Assembly (NCBI GenBank): GCA_036003765.1
Contig: DASYSC010000057.1
Coordinates: 1 to 60,921, forward strand
From: Candidatus Limnocylindria bacterium
Lineage (GTDB): Bacteria > Chloroflexota > Limnocylindria > P2-11E
Length of the DNA: 60,921 nucleotides
Direction of reading: 5' to 3'
Every line of letters starts with the position of its first letter. Positions within the stretch are counted from its first letter, which is position 1. Made by a program: the position numbers and the translations under genes. Positions 37,471-46,268 of the stretch are shown piece by piece. The notes beneath the pieces were generated by a model. That model ran no database searches. It had not been told where the DNA came from and saw only the letters and a program-made list of their open reading frames with translations.

Positions 37471-38975
37471 GGGCGCCGCTGCTTGTGCCGCTGGTCCTCG
37501 GCGGACTCACGGCGTTCGCGGCGTCGCAGGCGCCGGTCTCGGACAGCGACCTCTTCTGGCACCTCACGGTTGGACGCGACATCGCCGCGCACGGGATCGT
37601 GCGCCTCGACACGTACTCGTGGACCGTCGCCGGACGTCCGATCCTCGTCGATCAATGGCTCGGCCAGCTCGTCCTGTCCCTGGCCTACACAATCGGTTCG
37701 TGGCGCGGGATCGTCACGCTCCGCTCGATCGCCGCGGGCGCGATCGCGGCGATCGTCGTGTGGAACGCGCTCGCGGAGCGCCCGCGACGTCCGCTCATCG
37801 CCGTCCTCGCCGCTCTGCCTGCTCTCGCGCTCTCGCGCTTCGCCTGGACCGATCGGCCCGAGCTCTTGGGGCTTCTTTGCTTCACGATCCTGGTCGCGCT
37901 GTTGCGCGCGGGACGCCGTGGCGCACTGCGCGCGTTCGCACTGTGTCCGCCGCTCTTGCTGGTCTGGGCGAACCTCCACGGGTCTTACGCGCTCGGCCTC
38001 GGCCTCGCGGTGCTCGTCGCGCTCGAACGGATGCTCGTCGACACTCCACGGCGCCGGCAGTACGCCGCGCTCGCGGTCGCGTGCGGGCTCGTCACGTTGT
38101 TGACACCCTCGGGCCTCGCGACGTGGACCTCGTCCGGCGGCCATTTCCTGGCGCCGCCGCGCTTCGTTCAGGAGGAGGGCACGCCGGACGTCGCAACGCT
38201 GCCGGGCGCGCTCTTCTCGGTCGCGTTGCTCGGGGCGCTCGGGTCGGCGCTGCTCGCGTCACCCATCCGCGGGCGAAATGCGCTGTTCGACATCGTGATG
38301 CTCGTCCCGGTCGCCTTCGTCTCGATGACCGCAACACGGCATCTGGTCTTCTTCCCGATCGCGGCCGCCCCATTTCTTGCTCAACGGGGACCGGATGCGG
38401 TCGAGGAAGGGCTACGAACCTTGAGGAATGCGTGGGGCGACGTGGTGGCAGGAGCGAGACGGACGCGGGGCCTCGAGGCGCAGCGGGAGTCGACCGTCCA
38501 CATAGAGGATCGGGAGATGAAGGCGCAGGTCGAAGGGACCCGCGAGCACTCGAGGCCCCGCGGCCGGCTCGCAGCGGACGGCGTCGCTGCCGCGATCGCG
38601 ATCGCTCTGACCGTCGCAGGCGCGGCCACGGCGCCGACCGAGCCGGATCTCAGTGGCTTCCCAGTCACCGCTTTGCCCCAGCTGCAGGCCGGTCCCGGGC
38701 TGCTTAACCGCTACGACTGGGGCGGATTCCTCATTTGGTACGCGCCTGCAACTCCGGTGTTCGTCGACGGGAGGCTCTTTCCTTACGTGGGCGACGCGCT
38801 CGACGACTATCGGTCGGTGATCGGGCTTCACCCCGATTGGCGCGAAGTGCTCGCACGGCGCGGCATTCGCACGGTGCTCGTCTCGCCAACTGACGCCATC
38901 GCGGTTCATGCCGCCGATCTCGGATGGCCGGTGCTCGCACGCACCGAAAAATACGTGCTGCTGCGAGTGCCCTGA
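37467..38975 (+). CDS. polytopic membrane protein, GT-C-like, paralogue B
   Basis: DSDLFWHLTVGRDIAAHGIVRLDTYSWTVAGRPILVDQWLGQ and C-terminal NRYDWGGFLIWY...VFVDGR are colinear with 36106..37470. Confidence 0.5.
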   Translation: MRAPLLVPLVLGGLTAFAASQAPVSDSDLFWHLTVGRDIAAHGIVRLDTYSWTVAGRPILVDQWLGQLVLSLAYTIGSWRGIVTLRSIAAGAIAAIVVWNALAERPRRPLIAVLAALPALALSRFAWTDRPELLGLLCFTILVALLRAGRRGALRAFALCPPLLLVWANLHGSYALGLGLAVLVALERMLVDTPRRRQYAALAVACGLVTLLTPSGLATWTSSGGHFLAPPRFVQEEGTPDVATLPGALFSVALLGALGSALLASPIRGRNALFDIVMLVPVAFVSMTATRHLVFFPIAAAPFLAQRGPDAVEEGLRTLRNAWGDVVAGARRTRGLEAQRESTVHIEDREMKAQVEGTREHSRPRGRLAADGVAAAIAIALTVAGAATAPTEPDLSGFPVTALPQLQAGPGLLNRYDWGGFLIWYAPATPVFVDGRLFPYVGDALDDYRSVIGLHPDWREVLARRGIRTVLVSPTDAIAVHAADLGWPVLARTEKYVLLRVP

Positions 38976-39074
38976 GCGATACTTCGACCCACGAAAGAAC
39001 CCACTCGCCTCTCCAGAGAGCCGGATGACCTCGATGCGCAATTCGACGCCATCGTCGACGCGCTGCGTCGCGAC

Positions 39075-40010
39075 GTGCGCAAGGTGCGCCAGCAGGTCGA
39101 GCGCTACGGCAAGTCCTATCAGAAGCAGGCCGAGGAACGCACACGCCACTCCACCGACGGTGAGCTCGATGAACCGACGCAGCGCGGATACCGCCGGCTG
39201 AAGCAGCTGCAGCTCGTCGTACAACACATCGAGTCAAGCGCCGCGTACCTACTCGGGTCGGGGATCGATCCGTCCTCCGAGGAGCGCCAGGACGAGTCGG
39301 TCGAGGTGGCGCAGCGCGTCCTCGAGAGCCTCGAGGCCGAGCGCGAGCGCCTGTACCGCGACGTGCACGACGGCCCAGCGCAGGTGCTCGCCAACGCGAT
39401 CTTCGAGGTCGAGTACATCGAGCGCCTCGCCGAGCGCGCGCCGTCTGAGGTCCGGCAGAGCCTTCGCACCGAGCTCGCGAACCTCAAGCGCCAATTCCGG
39501 GGCTCCCTCGACGCCGTCCGCGGGATGATCTACGACCTGCGCCCGCCCGAGCTCACCGAGCTCGGTCTCGCCGAGGCCATGCGCAACTACGCCGCCGAGT
39601 GGGAAGCGCGCTGCGGGATCAACGTCGCGAGCCGGCTCGACACGACGGACACGCGCCTTATCCCGATGCAGGAGCTCGCCGTGTACCGCGTCATGCAGGA
39701 GGCGCTGCAGAACGTGCACAAGCACGCCCGGGCGAGCACCGTCGGGATCGCGTGGTCCCGGTCGAACGACAATTGGGTCCTGCACGTGACCGACGACGGG
39801 ATGGGCTTCGACCTCGTGAAGGCCGCTCGTCACAAGAAGTCGGTCGGCCTCCTTTCCATGCGCGAGCGCGCCGAGCTCATCGGCGGCTCGCTTCAGATCC
39901 AGTCGACACCCGGCAAGGGGACGGCGGTGACGCTGCTCCTCCCGGTCGAAAACAAAGTGGAGCCGCTTCGCGCGCGTCGCGAGGACCGGTCCCGTCAGGA
40001 GCACTCATGA
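39075..40010 (+). CDS. cytoplasmic HisKA_3 histidine kinase (DegS/LiaS-like)
   Basis: H-box RERLYRDVHDGPAQ, N-box EALQNVHKHA, G1 DDGMGF and G2 GLLSMRERAELIGG. No TM segment. The start could be further upstream (open frame from 38976). Confidence 0.82.
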   Translation: MRKVRQQVERYGKSYQKQAEERTRHSTDGELDEPTQRGYRRLKQLQLVVQHIESSAAYLLGSGIDPSSEERQDESVEVAQRVLESLEAERERLYRDVHDGPAQVLANAIFEVEYIERLAERAPSEVRQSLRTELANLKRQFRGSLDAVRGMIYDLRPPELTELGLAEAMRNYAAEWEARCGINVASRLDTTDTRLIPMQELAVYRVMQEALQNVHKHARASTVGIAWSRSNDNWVLHVTDDGMGFDLVKAARHKKSVGLLSMRERAELIGGSLQIQSTPGKGTAVTLLLPVENKVEPLRARREDRSRQEHS

Positions 40011-40711
40011 GCGATAGGCCCGAGCGCGCGATCCGGATCCTGCTCGCGGATGCGAGTCGCATCACGACCATGGGCATCCGGCAGGTCATCGAGAAAGAGC
40101 CGGACATGGAGATCGTGGGCGTCGCTTCCGACGGCGAGGAGGCCGTCGCGAAGACCAACGAGCTCGAGCCCGATGTCCTCGTCATCGAGGTCGACCTACC
40201 TCGTCTTTCGGGCATCAAGGCCACGCAGCGCGTGCGGCGTGAGCTGCCAGCGGTCGCGGTCGTGATCCTGACCGCGCAGGACCAGGAACAGATCCTGTTC
40301 GAGGCGATCCGCGCCGGCGCCGCCGCGTACCTGCACAAGGATTGCGAGCCGGCCGAGCTCATCGACGCCATCCGCAAGGTGCGCGGTGGCCAGTTCATCA
40401 TCAACGAGAAGATCTTCAGCCGGCCGGCCGTCGCCTCGAAGGTCCTCGCTGAGTTCCGCGAGCTTTCCGTGTATGGTCCGGGGTCGACGCACGTCTTCGC
40501 ACCGCTGTCACCCCGCGAGGTGCAGATCCTGGACAACATCGCGCAGGGGATGACCAACAAGGAGGTGGCCTACGCACTGGCCATCTCCGAGCAGACGGTG
40601 AAGAATCACATGTCGAGCATCCTGCGCAAACTGTCGGTGAACGACCGCACGCAGGCGGTCGTGTACGCGATCCGCCAGGGCTGGATCAAGGGACCGGAGA
40701 TGGGCAATTGA
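40007..40711 (+). CDS. NarL/LuxR-family response regulator
   Basis: Receiver motifs (VLVIEVDLP, ILTAQ, LHKD) plus a LuxR HTH (MTNKEVAYALAISEQTVKNHMSSILRKL). ATGA overlap. Confidence 0.9.
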   Translation: MSDRPERAIRILLADASRITTMGIRQVIEKEPDMEIVGVASDGEEAVAKTNELEPDVLVIEVDLPRLSGIKATQRVRRELPAVAVVILTAQDQEQILFEAIRAGAAAYLHKDCEPAELIDAIRKVRGGQFIINEKIFSRPAVASKVLAEFRELSVYGPGSTHVFAPLSPREVQILDNIAQGMTNKEVAYALAISEQTVKNHMSSILRKLSVNDRTQAVVYAIRQGWIKGPEMGN

Positions 40712-41742
40712 GCACCGCGGCGCCGAGCGTCCTCGCCGAGATCGCGACCGAGCAACAGAAGATCACCGCTGAGATCCGCGAGCTCGATCTCCTCATCGAG
40801 TCGACGCAGACCGAGGTCAATCGGCTCAAATCGCGCGAGGACCAGATGAAGGCGAAGGTCGAAGAAGTCCGGCGAAATCCGGGCAACTTCCAGCGGGAGG
40901 AGATCTTCGGCGCGACCGACGAGCATTCGACCGCGATGGCACGACGAATGACTATGGAAGGCCAGCTCAACTCGCTGCAGGCCAAGCGAAAGCTCATCGA
41001 CCGGAGCGCGCAGATCCTCGCCACCGCCAGGCGCCAGGTCGCCGAATACGCCGCTCCGCCGCTTCCGCCGGACACCGCGCCGCTCATCGACGAGAGCCGG
41101 CTGCTCCAGGCCGTCGTCGACACGCAGGAAGAGGAGCGCAAGCGGATCGCGCGTCAAGTCCACGACGGTCCGGCGCAGGCGATGGCGAACGTCGTTCTCC
41201 AATCGGAGATCAGCGAGCGCCTCTTCGAGGTCGATGCCAACAAGTCGCGCGGTGAGCTCGCCTCGCTGCGGCAGATGGTGAACAAGACGCTGCAGGAGCT
41301 GCGCGGATTCATCTTCGAGCTCCGACCGATGATCCTCGATGACCTCGGTCTCGTGCCGACCCTCCGGCGCTATGTCCAAACGCTCATCGACAAGCACGGC
41401 GTCCGCATCGACTTCTCGAGCAATGGCCGCGACCGCCGCCTGCCGTCAGACGACGAGGTCGCGATCTTCCGTCTGATCCAGGACTCGATCATTGAGCGCA
41501 TCGACAAGGCGCAGGCGAAGGACATCGTGCTCGGGCTCCAGTGGAAGGAAGAAACCCTGGACGTCCTGCTGCAGAGCGACGGGAAGGAACTGCCGCCCGA
41601 CGGGGAGCTCCAGTCCGGGATCCGGCGGAGCGAGCGTCTCGAGCTCCTCCACGGCGAGTCGACGCACGAGGCGCGCGCGGACGGCAACGTCGTCCTCAAG
41701 GTGAAGATCCCGATCCGGAGCGCGCCTCAGCTCGTCACGTGA
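40708..41742 (+). CDS. DegS-like sensor with intact H-box but degenerate ATP-binding domain
   Basis: Long coiled-coil N-domain and H-box RKRIARQVHDGPAQ. The N-box Asn is replaced (IQDSIIERIDKA), G1 reads SDGKEL, and the G2 glycines are lost. TTGA overlap. Confidence 0.75.
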   Translation: MSTAAPSVLAEIATEQQKITAEIRELDLLIESTQTEVNRLKSREDQMKAKVEEVRRNPGNFQREEIFGATDEHSTAMARRMTMEGQLNSLQAKRKLIDRSAQILATARRQVAEYAAPPLPPDTAPLIDESRLLQAVVDTQEEERKRIARQVHDGPAQAMANVVLQSEISERLFEVDANKSRGELASLRQMVNKTLQELRGFIFELRPMILDDLGLVPTLRRYVQTLIDKHGVRIDFSSNGRDRRLPSDDEVAIFRLIQDSIIERIDKAQAKDIVLGLQWKEETLDVLLQSDGKELPPDGELQSGIRRSERLELLHGESTHEARADGNVVLKVKIPIRSAPQLVT

Positions 41743-42287
41743 GCGGATTGGGGGGCTCCACCCCCCAGCCCCCGGGCACGCGCGAGCTCGGTACCGAGCA
41801 GGTCGCCGAATACCTCGAGGCCACCTCCGCGCTCATCGAGGCCGAGCTTGGGGCCCTCGGTGACGACAGCGCCTGGCACTTCGACCCCAAGGAGTGGTGC
41901 GCCAACCAGGTCGTCGGTCATCTCGTCGAGGCGGAGAAGCGCGGCTTTGCCGGTCGCATCCGCGAGATCCTCGCCGGCAAGGAGAAGACGAGCTCCTGGG
42001 ACCAGGCCGCGGTTGCCCGGGAGCGGAACGATTGCGCGCGGCTGGGACAGAGCCTTTGGATGGAGTTCATGGGCGTCCGCCACGACAGCATCAAGCTCGT
42101 GCGCTCGCTCGAGTCGGGCGATCTTGGCAAGGGCATCGAGCATCCGAAGGCCGGACGTCTCACGGTCCGCGATCTGCTCCACGAGTGGGTGCACCACGAC
42201 CGCAACCACACGAAACAATTGCTCGCGATCGCACAGGAGCGCGTCTGGCCGCACATGGGAAACTCGCAGAAGTTCAAGGGCGAGTAG
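41739..42287 (+). CDS. DinB-family protein
   Basis: VVGHLVEAEK ... LLHEWVHHDRNHTKQL (DinB_2 His triad). Start at GTG 41739 (GTGA overlap) or TTG 41748. The N-terminal 12 codons are a GC-rich motif copy. Confidence 0.72.
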   Translation: MSGLGGSTPQPPGTRELGTEQVAEYLEATSALIEAELGALGDDSAWHFDPKEWCANQVVGHLVEAEKRGFAGRIREILAGKEKTSSWDQAAVARERNDCARLGQSLWMEFMGVRHDSIKLVRSLESGDLGKGIEHPKAGRLTVRDLLHEWVHHDRNHTKQLLAIAQERVWPHMGNSQKFKGE

Positions 42288-42396
42288 CCAGCGGCGTAGC
42301 GCGGCCAGCGGGTCCTGTTCCGGGTCGGGGTCGCGCGCTCGCCTACCCGTCCGCTCCGCCAGACTGACCCCTCCGTCCCGTGGCGACGCGGCGGGC

Positions 42397-43575
42397 CTAC
42401 GGCTCGCGTGCAACCCGCTCCACCGTGCCACCCGTTGGCCGGCCACGTCCCCAGAACCAGATGGTGAGCAGCCAGAACGGCGCGAGTGGAATGCCCGCCT
42501 GTTGGACAAGCCCGGTGATGATTCCGGTACCCACCCATAGAACAGTGGCGCCGGTCGTCGTGGCCCCCCTCGCGACGGCCGGATACGCCATGACCCCGTC
42601 GTGCAGGAGAGCGTGCGGCGCGGCGAGGATCGACCAGAGAGAGGCATCGACCGCGCGCGTCGTGAACATACGTGAGCGGATGAGCACTGCGACAGCCGCG
42701 ACCAGGTAGATCACGACCGCGAGAAGCGCATTCAGGACAAGCTCGTCTCCCCCGACGATCCGGCGCACGAGCGCGGCGAGCCCGAGCTCCCCCGGGCGAA
42801 GCTCCGTGGCGACACGCGTGAGCAGATCGGAGTAGCGCGCGGCGCTTTCGAGGCCGACGGTCGCGAGCGAGACGAGCGCGACCGCGGCGATCGTCGCGAC
42901 GAGGCCGAGCGCGCGTCGCCGTTCGCTCAGCGCGACGAGCGCGAAGACTGGGAGAAGCTGCGGGCGAAAGGCGGTGAGACCAAGGAGCACGCCGGACCAA
43001 AGGGGTGGCGCCCGGAGCGACGCCGCGACGGCGAGCAGCACGAACGGGGTGGTCTGCCCCTGGGCGAGCGCGATAAGAGAAGGCGGGGACAGGAGAGCAA
43101 ACGCAAAGAGTCGTACGCGCTGTCGTCTATCGGCCAAGTGGCCGAGCTGGTCTGCCGCGGCGGCGAGGGCCGCCGCTCCCAGCGCCGCCCAGATCGCGTA
43201 TGCAGGCACGAGTGGGAGCGCGCCAAGCGGCGCCATGAGGAGCGCAAGCGCGGGTGGATTCGGGTCGTTGAGCAGAATCGTCCGCTCGGGACGCGTGGCG
43301 TGCTCCATCGCGAGAAGCGCGTCAGCGTCGGTCACCGAGGACGCGGCGCCGGTCGCGACGAGCCGCGCCGCGGAGTACAGAGCGATGAAGTCGTAGGCGG
43401 CGGGCTCCGCCGACCAGCCGACGAATGCGATGAGCCACGCGGCCGCGGCCAGAACGACCGCGAACGCGATGCGCGCTAGGGTCCGCCGAGGCTCGTGAGC
43501 TCGATTCCGAGGTAGTAGTGCTTCAGGATCTCCTCCGCCGATTTCCCGGCGAGAGCCATTCCCTGGGCGCCCCAC
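42397..43575 (-). CDS. GT87/DUF2029-like polytopic mannosyltransferase-type protein
   Basis: YDFIALYSAARLV first-loop motif and multiple TM segments. Start uncertain: GTG 43575 is used here, and the longest ORF reaches 43647. Both overlap the spoIID-like gene, and no canonical start exists after its stop. Confidence 0.55.
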   Translation of the reverse strand: MGRPGNGSRREIGGGDPEALLPRNRAHEPRRTLARIAFAVVLAAAAWLIAFVGWSAEPAAYDFIALYSAARLVATGAASSVTDADALLAMEHATRPERTILLNDPNPPALALLMAPLGALPLVPAYAIWAALGAAALAAAADQLGHLADRRQRVRLFAFALLSPPSLIALAQGQTTPFVLLAVAASLRAPPLWSGVLLGLTAFRPQLLPVFALVALSERRRALGLVATIAAVALVSLATVGLESAARYSDLLTRVATELRPGELGLAALVRRIVGGDELVLNALLAVVIYLVAAVAVLIRSRMFTTRAVDASLWSILAAPHALLHDGVMAYPAVARGATTTGATVLWVGTGIITGLVQQAGIPLAPFWLLTIWFWGRGRPTGGTVERVAREP

Positions 43576-44963
43576 TGCGACATTCCAACACCATGGCCGT
43601 AACCGCGGCCGCTGAAGACGAAGCGGGCCGGCAGCCGGTACTGCCATCCCAGGACGCGGAGCGCGTGCGTCGCGCGGTCGGGATCGCGAACGTCGACCGT
43701 GAAGGTGTGCTCGACCTGCGCGGCGAGGGACTCCAGCTGGCGAGCCCGCTCGAGGTTCGACGCGTCAACGTACTCCGTCTCCTCCGGGCGGTTCTCCACG
43801 GTGAAGAGGGTGCTGCGTAGACCGAAGTAATACCGTGCCGAATCCTTACCGATGTCGCGGCGTCCGCTCGAGCCGACGATCCTCACACCGAGCGCGCGCC
43901 CCGTCCCGCTGAGCCGCGTCACCTCGATCTCCTGGGGATCGCCCACGTTGATGCCGCGCACGCCGAGGTAGCTGCGCAGCTGTGGCGCGGTGAACTCTTG
44001 CGTCCATTCCCAGCTCGTGTGGCCCCACGGCGAGCGCTTCGCTTCCTCGTCACCGGGCGACGGGACCGCGCGCAGATAGGGGAGCGCGTTCGCGTAGACG
44101 TTCTCACTGTCCTCGGTCTGGCCACCGGCATTGGCTGAGTAGAGGGCTTCGATCGGCGCTCCGCGGTACGTGACCACGATGCCCGCGGTCCGCTCGACCG
44201 CCCGGACGGTCGAGTCGGCCTCACCGGTCAGGCCGGCGTACTCCTGGTCGCGCGTATCGCCCTCGATGTCGTAGTTGTCGTGGCGCGCCAGGTGTCGCAC
44301 CAGATACGTTCGAGCGGCGATCGCCTGGGCGGCGAGGGCTTCGGGCATCCAGGTCGTCGGCTCCTCCGACCCGACGACCGAGGCAAGGTACTTCGAGGTC
44401 TCGACTTCGTTGACCAGGATCATGTCGCCCTCGTCGTCGCGCGTGAGGTCGAAGGTTCCACGGAATATCCGCCCGTTGTACGTGAGGACTCCATCGCTCG
44501 CCGAGAAGTGAAGGGGAACCATCTGCTGCGCGGAAAGGAGCGGTGGCGACAGGGGATCCCCGCCCGGCTCGTCCACCGCGAACTCGAACGGCACGGTGAT
44601 GATGGCGACCTCCTCGACGACAGCGCGCAGGCGCGCCTCGCGAACCTGCCGGCGAAGCTCCTGGCGATCGTCGTACGAACCTCCAACCGGTATCCGTACC
44701 GCGGCGTGACTCGGGTCGGCGAGTCTCTTCACCCCGAGGCGGATGAGCGTGTTGAGGTAGCCCTGGTACACCCTGTTCCCGTCAGGCCCGGTCACCGTGA
44801 GGAGGCCGGCAAGCGATCCGATCCGCGCGTAGAGCACGCCGAGCCCCGAGATGTTCACGCGGATGACGGGCGGCAGAGCGGTGAGGGGTGCGGCCGCGGC
44901 GTCAAGCGGCGCGGCCGACATCACGAGGATCGCGGCGAGCGCGAGCGAAAGGCGCGCTCTCAC
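43476..44963 (-). CDS. SpoIID/LytB-domain protein
   Basis: Signal peptide, ALAAQAIAARTYLV and ALYSANAGGQTEDSENVY. Confidence 0.85.
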   Translation of the reverse strand: MRARLSLALAAILVMSAAPLDAAAAPLTALPPVIRVNISGLGVLYARIGSLAGLLTVTGPDGNRVYQGYLNTLIRLGVKRLADPSHAAVRIPVGGSYDDRQELRRQVREARLRAVVEEVAIITVPFEFAVDEPGGDPLSPPLLSAQQMVPLHFSASDGVLTYNGRIFRGTFDLTRDDEGDMILVNEVETSKYLASVVGSEEPTTWMPEALAAQAIAARTYLVRHLARHDNYDIEGDTRDQEYAGLTGEADSTVRAVERTAGIVVTYRGAPIEALYSANAGGQTEDSENVYANALPYLRAVPSPGDEEAKRSPWGHTSWEWTQEFTAPQLRSYLGVRGINVGDPQEIEVTRLSGTGRALGVRIVGSSGRRDIGKDSARYYFGLRSTLFTVENRPEETEYVDASNLERARQLESLAAQVEHTFTVDVRDPDRATHALRVLGWQYRLPARFVFSGRGYGHGVGMSQWGAQGMALAGKSAEEILKHYYLGIELTSLGGP

Positions 44964-45529
44964 GAGGTCCTCGTGTACACCTCCGGCTTGAGCACGCCGA
45001 CAAACGGCAGGTTGCGGTACCGCTCGGCGTAATCAAGCCCGTACCCGACGACGAACTTGTCGGGAATCTCGAAGCCGCGATAGTCGATCTCGATCGGGAC
45101 CACGCGGCGTGCGGGTTTGTCCAGCAGCACGCAGAGGCGCACCGAGTCGGGCCGCTGGGCACGCAAATGATCGAAGACGTAGGAAAGGGTGTGGCCGGTA
45201 TCGAGAATGTCCTCGACCACGAGCACATGCCGGCCCTCGATCGGATGCGCGAGGTCCTTCAGGATGCGGACCGCTCCGGTCGACTCGGTGCCCGCGCCGT
45301 ACGACGACACCTCGAGGAAGTCGAGCCCGAGCGGGATCGGCGTCGCGCGCATGAGGTCGGCGAGGAAGGGGAGCGCTCCCTTGAGGATGGAAACGAGGAC
45401 GAGGTCCTTGCTCTGGTAGTCCGTCGCGATGCGGACGCCGAGCTCGCGCACCTTTGCGGCGATCTCGTCGGCGGTGACCAAGACCTCCGCCACGTCGTCG
45501 ACCTGCTGGGGGCGCGATAGGACGGTCAT
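44960..45529 (-). CDS. hpt: hypoxanthine phosphoribosyltransferase
   Basis: PRPP motif VLVVEDILDTGHTL and FVVGYGLDYAERYRNLP. Confidence 0.93.
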   Translation of the reverse strand: MTVLSRPQQVDDVAEVLVTADEIAAKVRELGVRIATDYQSKDLVLVSILKGALPFLADLMRATPIPLGLDFLEVSSYGAGTESTGAVRILKDLAHPIEGRHVLVVEDILDTGHTLSYVFDHLRAQRPDSVRLCVLLDKPARRVVPIEIDYRGFEIPDKFVVGYGLDYAERYRNLPFVGVLKPEVYTRTS

Positions 45530-45593
45530 GACGACACCAATTGTCGCAGGTTGGGTGCTAGCTCCGGCGAGCCCTCAGTCCAGCGGTCGCGCG

Positions 45594-46256
45594 CTACGAC
45601 CGCCGCGCGAGGACGAACGCGATCGCGCCCAGACCGATGATCGCGAGCGCGGCCGCGCCGATGAGGAGGGGACCGGGCCCCGCCTCGGGGCCGGGGGCGG
45701 GCGTGACCTGCACCGCGATCGGGCTTGGCGACGCGGATACGGCCAGGGTCTCCACGGCCACGGACGTCGGTGACGCGCTGGGTGTGGCCGTCGTCGGCTC
45801 CGCGGTCGCGTTCTCGGTCGGTGCGGCTGTCGGCGGCGCGGTCGGTGCGGCTGTCGGCGGTGCGGTGCGTACGGGTGTGGGCGGCGGCGCCGTCGGGGGT
45901 GGTGGTGGCGGCGTGCTCGTCGCCAGAACGATGACGGTCCCCTTCATGAATGCGTGTATCGCGCAGTGGTACGCGAACGTTCCCGCGCTCGTGAACGTGA
46001 TCGAGGCCGACCCACCGGCTCTGATCACGCCCGTATCCCAGAGTCCGCCGTCCGCCGTCGATGTGTGGCTGAACGCGTCGGCGTTCGTCCATCTCACCGC
46101 ATCACCGGCGCGGACGGTGGTCGAAGGCGGGTTGAACGCCGAGTTCTGGATGGTGACCGCACTCGTCGCGCCGAGAACGACGAGTGGTGCGGCGAGCATT
46201 GCGCACGAGATGACGAGCGCCGCAGCCCACACGACCGCGGCTCGCCTCACGGCCAT
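45594..46256 (-). CDS. membrane-anchored type-1 copper (cupredoxin) protein
   Basis: Signal peptide and copper ligands (H in AFSHTS plus YHCAIHAFM, i.e. C-x2-H-x2-M). P/T/A linker and a C-terminal TM helix. Only the last 220 codons of track ORF 45594..47321 are real. Confidence 0.8.
   Translation of the reverse strand: MAVRRAAVVWAAALVISCAMLAAPLVVLGATSAVTIQNSAFNPPSTTVRAGDAVRWTNADAFSHTSTADGGLWDTGVIRAGGSASITFTSAGTFAYHCAIHAFMKGTVIVLATSTPPPPPPTAPPPTPVRTAPPTAAPTAPPTAAPTENATAEPTTATPSASPTSVAVETLAVSASPSPIAVQVTPAPGPEAGPGPLLIGAAALAIIGLGAIAFVLARRS
45817..45864. repeat. 24-bp tandem duplication inside the cupredoxin linker
   Basis: GTCGGTGCGGCTGTCGGCGG(C/T)GCG x2, with one mismatch. Encodes the APPTAAPT repeats. 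Confidence 0.8.
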
Positions 46257-46268
46257 ACTTGACGGCCC

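Noticed and set aside
38976-39074. Upstream extension of the first DegS-like kinase (PDDLDAQFDAIVDALRRD...)
   Set aside because: The frame is open and looks coiled-coil-like, but it has no canonical start, no SD and weak codon bias in its first half. The evidence is insufficient to extend the CDS.
43468-43647. Claiming a fifth ATC start (ATC 43470) for the GT87-like gene
   Set aside because: This is plausible because no canonical start follows the spoIID-like stop. However, there is no SD and no conserved N-terminal residues to anchor it, and in-frame GTG 43575 exists. It is left as an uncertain start.
45817-45864. Possible CRISPR or VNTR array
   Set aside because: Only two 24-bp units with no spacers, lying in frame inside the P/T/A linker of the cupredoxin.
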